A stretch of DNA of 64,000 bases, from assembly GCF_035084215.1 (NCBI RefSeq), contig NC_090344.1, forward strand, positions 43,958,001 through 44,022,000. The letters are read 5' to 3'. Positions 12,364 through 39,532 of the stretch are shown piece by piece; the first letter of the stretch is position 1; each line of letters starts with the position of its first letter. The position numbers and the translations under genes were made by a program. The DNA is from Heptranchias perlo. Lineage: Eukaryota. The notes under the pieces were generated by a model that was given only the letters and a program-made list of their open reading frames with translations, had not been told where the DNA came from and did not search any database.

Positions 12364-13347
12364 ATGGACTACTCCTCAGAATCAGTTTCTTTCTTGGACA
12401 CACGAATCTCCATCAAAGACGGGCACCTCAGCACCTCACTCTACCGCAAGCCCACGGACAATCTCACAATGCTCCACTTTTCCAGCTTCCACCCTAACCA
12501 CGTCAAAGAGGCCATCCCCTATGGACAGGCCCTGCGAATACACAGGGTCTGCTCAGACGAGGAGGAACGCGATGGACACCTACAGACGCTGAAAGACGCC
12601 CTAGTAAGAACGGGATATGATGCTCGACTCATCGATCGACAGTTCCGACGAGCCACAGCGAAAAATCGCGTAGACCTCCTCAGAAGACTAACACGGGACG
12701 CAACCAACAGAGTACCCTTCGTCGTCCAGTACTTCCCCGGAGCGGAGAAACTACGCCATGTTCTCCGCAGCCTTCAACATGTCATCAATGATGACGAACA
12801 CCTCGCTATGGCCATCCCCACACCTCCACTACTCGCCTTTAAACAGCCACCCAACCTCAAACAAACCATCGTTCGCAGCAAATTACCCAGCCTTCAGGAG
12901 AACAGCGTCCACGACACCACACAACCCTGCCACGGTAACCTCTGCAAGACATGCCAGATCATCGACACAGATACCACCATCACACGAGAGGACACCACCC
13001 ACCAGGTGCACGGTTCATACTCCTGTGACTCGGCCAACGTTGTCTACCTCATACGTTGCAGGAAAGGATGCCCCAGAGCATGGTACATTGGCGAGACCAT
13101 GCAGACGCTGCGACAACGGATGAACGGACACCGCGCAACAATCGCCAAACAGGAGGGTTCTCTCCCTGTCGGGGAACACTTCAGCAGTCATGGACATTCA
13201 GCCACCGACCTTCGGGTAAACATACTCCAAGGCGGCCTTCGAGACACACGACAACGCAAAATCGTCGAGCAGAAATTAATAGCCAAGTTCCGCACCCATG
13301 AGGACGGCCTCAACCGGGATCTTGGGTTCATGTCACACTACACGTAA
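12364..13347 (+). CDS. PLE ORF C-terminal part, right arm, 327 aa
   Basis: Identical to the left arm except for one residue (YDGR vs YDAR). Confidence 0.85.
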   Translation: MDYSSESVSFLDTRISIKDGHLSTSLYRKPTDNLTMLHFSSFHPNHVKEAIPYGQALRIHRVCSDEEERDGHLQTLKDALVRTGYDARLIDRQFRRATAKNRVDLLRRLTRDATNRVPFVVQYFPGAEKLRHVLRSLQHVINDDEHLAMAIPTPPLLAFKQPPNLKQTIVRSKLPSLQENSVHDTTQPCHGNLCKTCQIIDTDTTITREDTTHQVHGSYSCDSANVVYLIRCRKGCPRAWYIGETMQTLRQRMNGHRATIAKQEGSLPVGEHFSSHGHSATDLRVNILQGGLRDTRQRKIVEQKLIAKFRTHEDGLNRDLGFMSHYT

Positions 13348-13557
13348 CCCCACCAGCGAACAAATGTTATCTGTTTTTAATATAACGGGTCATTGACTGT
13401 CTTCGTTCTGTCTCTCTCTTTTTTGGGGGGGGTTGTTTCTTCAGTGGCCTTTTAGATGACACCTTTCTGTCTGCTCACTGTGATTGCCTTGGCAACGGGC
13501 AGTAATCACCAGGCATTGTTATGTGATCTTAAAATGCGAAGGATTCGAAATTGTCAT

Positions 13558-13603
13558 TTCCACACCGCCTGAGGAAGGGGAAAGCCCCCGAAAGCTTGTG
13601 GGA
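13558..13603 (+). ncRNA. Minimal hammerhead-ribozyme-like motif in the PLE pseudo-LTR (right arm)
   Basis: CTGAGGA-AGGGG(AAAG)CCCCC-GAAA-GCTT, with flanking CCACA/TGTGG pairing and palindromic AAGCTT in place of stem III. Confidence 0.65.
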
Positions 13604-15947
13604 TTAAAAATAAAATCGTTGGACTATAACTTGGTGTTGTAAAATTGTTTACAGTTGTTAAAGTAAAGCACTCACAACAATCAAAAAACATTTGTACACT
13701 TTTTTTGTTTTAGCAACAAATGCACATAAAGGTTAAGGTACACATGCATATGATCTGCGAATATGAGTATTGAGATCGCATGCCCTATGACGGTGTCTAT
13801 TATTGAATTTTATTTTAATGCCATTCCTTTTGACCTTTTCCCAGTACCGACAGGTTCTGATTCCATAAACCTCCCTGACTGCCACCTCAGACTTCGAAGA
13901 TTTGGAACCTCAACATATTGCTTGAACTCAAATTCAGCTTCTTCCCCCACATCCATTCTGTTGCTGACTGCTTTCTTTCATCTCCACAACACTAACCACC
14001 AGCACCCCAATGCTGCAAAAACCTTAGTCCACGCCTTCAAAACCTCAAAGCTGAACGTTTCTAACACTCTCCAAGTGAGCATGCCCACATTAATCCTCCA
14101 CATTACATCTCAAAATACCACAGCCCTCATCCTCATCTGCACAAAATCTTGCACTGTCATGGCCCCCAAACACTTTGTGGCTCAGTTAATTGACTTAAAA
14201 AAATTCTAATCCTCGCTTTCAAATCCCTTCATTGCTTAATTTTCCCCTCCCCATCAAGTGATCTCCTCCAGTTTTATGTCTTGTTGCATGCATCCTCGAC
14301 TTCTCTAACACTGGACCTCTCTTTGTCCCCCCACTGCACTGTTAGTAAGCCATTATGCCCCTAGCCTCTGAAAGTCCCTGCCTAGTTCTATCCTCTTCAC
14401 CGTTTTCCTTCCTGCTTTCAAAAATTGCCTCAAACCTCTTCTCTTTAACTGTGCCTTTGACTCATCCCACCATAATCCTCTCTTTTCCCTCTTCTGATGT
14501 TTTGTGCCTGGAATATAAATTGATTTGAGATATCTTCCTGCACTTGAAGAAATATGTTTTTTGTGGCCTTTGTGAGAATGTCCACGGAAACACATTACGT
14601 GGAGCTTTTATTATGGTTCAATGCATAAATGCACTGGCCCCTGTAGTCCTGAATCAAAAAGATCAGAAGGTCTCATGTTTGATGTCACTACTTTGCTGTA
14701 TTCGGTGATCTCAGCCAGTAGCAGAGTTGAAATTGGTCTCAATGACCTAGGCTAGGGAGGCAATAAAATACAGCTAAGGTTCACTACCCATCGACCCCCC
14801 ACTGGAAAGTATATGCGTGGATTTTGGGAAGCATGGGATCTGGCTCGACTTTGATGCTGCCCATGGCAAGTAGGCTGGCAATACTCATTGTTTGGGCACA
14901 AGCACGAAGAATGGTCACTAGGGAAAGGCACAAAGAGGGGCCAAAGATTGGTGCGACCCATGGAACTGTACCCCACCAAGAATCATTGCCTTCAAAAGAG
15001 GAGGGCAGGAATTTGGACAAGGAAAATTATTAAACAAAATGGTATTTTACTCGGAATTGTAAAACTTGTCTCCCTCTGCCCCAAATCCAAAGTACTAATA
15101 TGTCTTTCCTTGCATGAAATTATTGCTTTGACCAATATTATATTGCGTGCTCTGTTCAGATTTCTCACATGCTGACCTAAGAGCTGAAATGCAGCTTTTT
15201 GTGGGCAGTACCATGCAGAAGTGTATTGGAGCACGAACACATCACATCTATGACTGCCGACACTGAGTCGCCAATCTCAATTACATTTCGATGGGGAGGC
15301 ATTGAGGACAGCCTCCTTTACTTCTCCACAGAGGGGAAAGAAAGTTGGAGGGAGAATCACTCTCAATCTTCTCTATTGCATCCCTACAGCTGGCTCAGTG
15401 ATACTTGTCAAGATCTGGGCGCTGCTCACCCACACCTCCTCAGCCTGTAGTTGTTGCAAGGCCTGGGAAGACCAAATAAAAAAGGGGAGGGAGGAAATAC
15501 CCTCACAATAAGAAAAATATTCTGAGTCTAATATTAATTAGAAATGTCATAGAAGGAAACATTGGAAATAGCAGCAAGAACCAACTCAGAATACCTGACC
15601 TCAAAATAAATGTTTTTAAGAAACATCCTGTTTGAACGTGAATAATTCGGGCATGAAAAAACATGTTCAATTTTTCCAATGCGGAATCAGATTCAATCAA
15701 TTTTCTGGTCTGTGCTAAGGATTGTCCAAGGATTGTCCAAAATAAGTCCATACTGTAATCTTGGACATTGAATATTACTTTGTTAAACTGTTATATTGTA
15801 ATTCAGCAAAACCCAACTAAGGCTGAAAGATTGTGATACTTACAATTAAGTTTACTGCTGTGCTTTTACTGATTTAGATTTTGTTGATTTACAAGTAAAA
15901 GTACCAGTTTACTTTTACCACGATCATCATTTTGAACTCTCCACCAT

Positions 15948-16487
15948 TGCCTTTCCACCATCTACAAGGCACGAGTCAGGAGTGTGATGGAATACTCTCC
16001 ACTTGCCTGGATGAGTGCAGCTCCAACAACACTCAAGAAGCTCGACACCATCCTGGACAAAGCAGCCCGCTTGATTGGCACCCCATACACCACCCTAAAC
16101 ATTCACTCCCTTCACCACCGGCGCACCGTGGCTGCAGTGTGTACCATCCACAGGATGCACTGCAGCAACTCGCCAAGGCTTCTTTGACAGCACTTCCCAA
16201 ACCCGTGACCTCTACCACCTAGAAGGACAAGGGCAGCAGGCACATGGGAACAACAGCACCTGCACGTTCCCCTCCAAGTCACACACCATCCTGACTTGGA
16301 AATATATCGCTGTTCCTTCATCGTCGCTGGGTCAAAATCCTGGAACTCCCTACCTAACCGCACTGTGGGCGAACCTTCACCACACGGACTGCAGCGGTTC
16401 AAGAAGGCGGCTCACCACCACCTTCTCAAGGGCAATTAGGGATGGGCAATAAATGCTGGCCTTGCCAGCGACGCTCACATCCCATGG
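15948..16487 (+). mobile_element. Short 3' fragment of the same LINE family
   Basis: MEYSPLAWMSAAPTTLKKLDT... followed by the GGGCAATTAGGGATGGGCAATAAATGCTGGCC 3' end. Confidence 0.9.
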
Positions 16488-16689
16488 ACTTCATGATGGT
16501 ACAAATTGTAGTATAGTAGTTGTTTTTAATGAGAATATTACCAATTAATGAAAACTGAAAATGCTGGAAATACTCAGCAAGTCAGGCAGTATATGTGCAG
16601 AAAGAAACAGGTCGATGACCCTTGGTACCAGTTAATACAGCCTAGTGTCTGATGTAGGATATTTGCAATTTATGCATGATGCATAAACT

Positions 16690-17100
16690 GGATCGGCGGC
16701 AGCAGGTCCCAAGCTGGAGCTTCAGACCATGGCGCGAACCCCGTCCAGTCCCTCGGTGATTGACAGGAGCTGCCGCCTTTCCCCGGGCGGCTGCCAGAAG
16801 GTGGCGCGCTGCGCGTGCACCGACTCTCCGTTCAGGCTGAGAGACCGCGCGTGTGCGCGCGCAGAGGAAGCGGGCCCGAGCACGGGGTGAACTCCAGGTT
16901 ACTGACCAACCAAAACATTTAACAGCAGCAGCAGGTTTGTTTAAATTTCAGGTCTCGCCGCGGCCTGGAGTTCCCCCGCTGAACTGGGCCTATTTAGTGT
17001 GAGTCATTGTTCTTCGTTTTAAACTCTTGTTGAGAAGTGGCTTCTTTGGAGGCGCCCGGTGCAGTCCCGGACTGACTGCCAGTCAGTCAGTAAAAAGACG
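16690..17100 (+). promoter_or_regulatory. CpG-island-like POLM promoter / first non-coding exon region
   Basis: CpG-dense stretch with GCGC-rich (NRF1-like) tracts at ~16803-16863, upstream of the acceptor at 17241. Confidence 0.6.
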
Positions 17101-17272
17101 CCCTCTAATATCAGCCCCATGAATCAGCAACTTACAGCTCTTGTGCCTTTAAGTGGGTTTGTGTTGAATTTCACTCCTGAGATTGACTCCATGTTGTGTT
17201 TCTCCAGTAGTTGACATGTTTGCCTCTTTTCTCTCCCTCAGACTGACAGACCAGACCCTCTCTCATCCCGCC

Positions 17273-34905
<17,633 letters not shown>

Positions 34906-34936
34906 TCTGCTGAATTCAAGCTGCAAGATTACAGAG

Positions 34937-34942
34937 AATAAA
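34937..34942 (+). terminator. Candidate proximal polyadenylation signal for POLM (distal candidates at 36638 and 36750)
   Basis: AATAAA 32 nt after the stop codon. Confidence 0.4.
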
Positions 34943-35169
34943 CTGTGAGGTCATCTCAAGGATACCCGCTCGCAAAATGTTTGTTGCACGTTTATCACTT
35001 TATGCAGTGCACCTGCGCAAAAGCTGGCCATCCACCCATGTCTGATTCTGTGTGGCTTATACATATCTCCTGTAGAATTGGTAAGTTGTATGTTGATGGA
35101 ACAGATATTTTCGTATGTCTAGCATCTTGGGCAGTGGTTTCTATATGATGCATGATAATATACGTATCC

Positions 35170-35600
35170 TATCGTCTCAGTTGTAGCACTCTCGCCTCTT
35201 GAGTCAGAAGGTTGTGGGTTCACATCCCACTCCAGACACTGAAGCACCTTATCTAGGCTGACACTTCAGTGCACTACTGAGGGAGTGCTGCACTGTTGGA
35301 GGTGCCATCTTTCGGACGAAATAGTAAACCGAGGCTCCGTCTGCCCTCTCAGGTGGATGTACAAGATCCCAGGGCACTGTTCGAAGAAGAGCAGAGGAGT
35401 TCTCCCCAGTGTCCGAAACCAACCTCAATAAATACAGATTATCTGGTCGTTGCTGTTTGTGGGACCTTGCTGTGTGCAAATTGGCTGCCGCGTTTCCGAC
35501 ACTACAACAGTGACTACACTTCAAAAGAACTTCATTGGCTGTAAAGCACTTTGGGATGTCCTGAGGTCATGAAAGACTATAAATGCAAGTTCTTTCTTTC
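35170..35600 (+). mobile_element. DeuSINE (SacSINE/AmnSINE-like) tRNA SINE with an L2-type tail; further copies at ~8030-8340 (-), 41400-41795, 50735-50965 and 63635-64000
   Basis: GAGTCAGAAGGTTGTGGGTTC head; CTGAGGGAGTGCTGCACTGTTGGAGGTGCC and GAAGAAGAGCAG..GAGTTCTCCCCAGTGTCC Deu-domain-like core (consensus recalled from memory). Confidence 0.75.
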
Positions 35601-38129
35601 TTATATGGAAAGTCTTATTGTATGCAGCCTAATATCTACTTTTTATACAGCACATGTAACATGCATGCTCACTCAGAAAGGAAATTCCTGTCCATCTGCC
35701 TTTCTTTTGCTGTGAAATAGGGAAGCAGTTTCACATTCCAGTGTGTTGACACTATCACTGAGAATTAACATCCTCTTTTCAGCTTCCAAATGTGGATGTG
35801 TGGTTGACATCATTTAGATACAGCGTACTGGTTCGTAGATTCTTTCATTTGCCTCATTCTCTCTACTTTTTCTTTGCCATTTCTCTTCTTCCCTCCCCTC
35901 CCAAATGTCTTCTGTTACCTCATTCATCTGTGAAGCTTGACAGTGAGTGTTGGCAGGCTGTGCTGCAACAGGCACATTACTTTGGAGCCTGAAAATTAAC
36001 AACAGTCTGCAGAAGTACATTTCCAGCGGGGTTTGCTGGATATTGATGAAGAGTAGAAACTCTGACTGAATTTTTCTTCCCTCTCCCCAACTATCCAAAA
36101 GGGCGCTGACCCCAATTGGAGCATCCCAACTGGATCAAATAACTCCACTCAGAGGATCCTTCCTCATCCTTATGGCTAAGCTACGCAGTGCTTGAACTAG
36201 CTACGCCACTGGGGAAGCTGGTGAAGGTTTTAATAAAACACACACCATTTTAAAATACTGCTTTGGTTAAAGATTTAACGGAGTGCGCAAGGTTTAAAAA
36301 TCATATTCTAAATCTGCTCTGAAATAAAACAGTCAAGATATTGGCTACGGAATAATGAGTAAAAAGTGATAATGCAAGGTATTATTTTGGGTTCTGTCAT
36401 GCTGATGTTTTAAGCTTGTATTCATGTGTGCTGTCGTCAGTTAGAATTTTGATGCATCAGTGGATTATATCTGTGGAAAAATGTGAAGACTACACAATGT
36501 TTATCTGAAGGTCATGTCCTTACAACACTAAACCCAGTAAGTGACGAGTGCTGAATTCAAACTACATATTCCTAGATTCAGTATATTGACTTTGTTTTAA
36601 TTTTGTATGTTAAATATTTATCAAACACTATAGTGTGAATAAAAAGTGCTGGTAATCTCAGTTTTGATAGCGTAGAAAAGATTCCATCAGTCAAGATTTA
36701 TTAAAGATAAAATAATCCAAGATCATTTAATTGTGGAATCACCTGAACAAATAAAAGTATTTATATATCTTCAATAAGCTGTTGACTCAGTTTTTGATGC
36801 TGTAAACTTTAAAGGTTTACTTTTCATCATTGTGGAAAGAGGATGAGAGCGTAAGTTACAGAATATACAAATGCAACGGTATGTACAGGAATAACTTAAA
36901 ATCCAATTTGGTTTTAAGTGGTTAATGGATTATTGCACACTGATTATCAGTGTTGCTGGGTTTATTTTTAGACTGTGAAAGTTGTATCCAGTAACTCTAA
37001 CCCTAGGTTCAATCGACGTTCTCTTGAGTTAATAGATCTGAGCAAGAGCAGTAGCTGGGGTGCTACAATTAGTCTCGGTGCTGCTGGGGTAAGAAGGGAA
37101 AAATCAGCCAGACTTCCCTCTCGTGATCACTATCCAGTGACCAACGTGTTGTGTAAGGACAGGATCAGACTTGGCTATGATGCCCTCCACAGTCAAAGAG
37201 ACTGCTAACTATTGTTGTTTAGGCTCTTGCGTGAAGAACGAACAGTGGGCTACTGGTGCCTCTGGAACTGTACCCCAGCAAGACTATGCCTTCAGAGAGG
37301 AGGGAAGAAAATTGAACATCAAGAACAAAATAATGCTCATGAAATTATGGAGGTCTTGCCCGCAAGTGGCACAAATTCAATAACACCACCGTTGTAATTA
37401 TTCTGATCTATTGCACGAATTTTAATTTTATTATTTGGAGAAAAGACAAAATTTTCTACTTTAATTTATAAAGCTATTTTGTCATGCGACATGGATGTAT
37501 GTAAAAGTCAGCATTGCCCATGAAATCATGTCTGCAAACATAGATTCTCACTATCACTCACCATGGGGTCTGCCTGGCTGGCACAGATGATGTTGCTCCT
37601 TGTTGATACTATCACACCACTTGTGTTTACAGAATATATTATATACAATAGCAGAGTAAAGCCATCTTCACTCTACACCATTATGTATGACTGACAACCA
37701 TCTTGGCAACCCCTTTTTATGAATTCACTGAGTGTCTGCAAATATTTCAATCTTAACTCATAGTTTCAAAACAATTTAAAGCACAATATACATATCAAAT
37801 TGTGGGGGAATGCACCTTTTTAAAATGTGCCAAATATATTCTATGCGGAAGGAGGTCAGTTCTGATAGTTACATGCAGGATGTGGTATGAGGAACTGCGG
37901 TCTGGTTCCTGTTTGTTCTCTGGTGTCACTAGAACACAAGAAAAACCAGGAATGAGAAAAGACCATTCAGCCATCAAAGTGCATCTTGCAGCACCCTCCT
38001 ACCGACTGGAGTCCTTAATATTTTTATTACTAGTATCTTGTCTGGCAGATTATTACAAAAAGTTGAGTACTCTTTCGAAGTTCTGCATAATTTCAGTTTT
38101 TAAATGTGATTTTCTAACTTCCACTTATT

Positions 38130-38426
38130 CTTACAATTAAAAACATTGTTACACCTTAACATCACTGAGACAACTTGGAACACTTCTTCACCTCCTCGCT
38201 ATGTCTCTCTGTGCGCACTTAGTGGAAGTTGCTGGATAATCAGGAATGAGAACTCAGTCTGATTTATTTTTACCTCTTGTCCCTAATCTGAGCTGATGAG
38301 GCTAATTTCAGTGCCCCTCTCAGAACTGGCAGAACTCAGCATAGACCAGATAACAAGGGAAAAGAAGTGAAGTGTGTTCCAAGTTGTTTCACTAATGTTA
38401 AGGTGCAACAATGTTTTTAATTTAAG
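38130..38426. repeat. Imperfect ~60-bp inverted repeat pair
   Basis: 38135-38190 AATTAAAAACATTGTTACACCTTAACATCACTGAGACAACTTGGAACAC vs the reverse complement of 38366-38422. Confidence 0.8.
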
Positions 38427-38532
38427 ACGGGAGGTTTCAACGAGTATGTGACTTTTCAAATTGAATTTAACTGTTTGGGTGAATGAACACTGCATATCCA
38501 CTACATCCCTGACTGTGGTCCCTGCTGTAGTC

Positions 38533-38845
38533 ATTTATCTTAAATCTGTGTCCTCTGGTTACCAATCCTCCAGCTAGTTTCTCCTTATTTACTCTATCAA
38601 ATCCCCTTATAATTTTGATCACCTCGACTAAATCTCCCCTTAGCCTCTCTGCTCTAAGGAGAACAATCCCAGCATTTTTTAGTCTTTCCATGTAACTGAA
38701 GTCCCTCATCCCTGTTATCATTCTGGTAAATCTCCAGCACACACTCTCCATGGCATTGACATCCTTCCTAAAGTGTGGTGGCCAGAATTGGACACAATAT
38801 TCCATCTGAAGTCTAACCAGTAATTTATATAGGTTTAACATAAAT
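38533..38845 (-). mobile_element. CR1 fragment
   Basis: LYKLLVRLQMEYCVQFWPPHFRKD. Confidence 0.85.
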
Positions 38846-39203
38846 ATTCCCCTTATTCCTTAAATATGAGGTCTTCCAATAAAAATTGTAAAATAAACTT
38901 TTATTAACGAGACCATGGAGTGCTTTTCCCCCTAGGACCTCAGCACTGTTGAGTGCTGTCTTCCTTTCTTCCTACAAAAAAGGAAGACAGATGGGTTTCA
39001 CACATTTCCTCTATCCTAATGGGCATTTGATTGAAGTTTAGTACAAAGTATCGGTGGGGCATTCAACTGGGGGAGGGCGTCACAGTTGAGCCCAGACCTG
39101 TATCACCTGGCCCTCCCAGCCACAAGCACAACATAGCAGTTAGGAGCAGGTTTCCCCATCCTCCATTCCTGTTGTGGTCACAGGCCAACTGTGGCCAACT
39201 CAC

Positions 39204-39532
39204 AGACCAGGCACCTTGTGTACAGTTCAGGACCACACCATGGATTAATAACCAATTCAAAGACCAGGCACCTTGTGTACAGTTCAGGACCACACCATGG
39301 ATTATTGACCAATTCAAAGACCAGGCACCTTGTGTACAGTTCAGGACCATACCATGGATTATTGACCAATTCAAAGACCAGGCACCTTGTGTACAGTTCA
39401 GGACCATACCATGGATTATTGACCAATTCAAAGACCAGGCACCTTGTGTACAGTTCAGGACCATACCATGGATTATTGACCAATTCAAAGACCAGGCACC
39501 TTGTGTACAGTTCAGGACCATACCATGGATTA
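39204..39532. repeat. Minisatellite, 57-bp unit, ~5.8 copies
   Basis: AGACCAGGCACCTTGTGTACAGTTCAGGACCATACCATGGATTATTGACCAATTCAA starting at 39204, 39261, 39318, 39375, 39432 and 39489. Confidence 0.97.

Larger units (their letters stand above)
10955..13653. mobile_element. Penelope-like retroelement insertion: two 5'-truncated copies joined head-to-head (inverted), flanked by a 12-bp TSD
   Basis: Arms 10997-12319 and 12331-13653 are reverse complements. TSD GTTGTTAAAGTA at 10943-10954 and 13654-13665. Each arm encodes an RT thumb, a Cys knuckle and a GIY-YIG domain. Confidence 0.95.

Noticed and set aside
11349-13301. Alternative-frame ORFs (60-121 aa) duplicated in both PLE arms
   Set aside because: Shadow frames of the PLE ORF, duplicated only because of the palindrome.
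10997-13653. Palindrome as a fold-back sequencing/assembly artefact
   Set aside because: It has unique flanks on both sides, a 12-bp TSD, an asymmetric tail and 3 inter-arm mismatches. Read-level confirmation is still advisable.
39204-39532. CRISPR array or repeat-protein gene (192-aa ORF 39031-39609)
   Set aside because: The units are contiguous with no unique spacers, the context is eukaryotic, and the ORFs arise in several frames with no splice or homology support.
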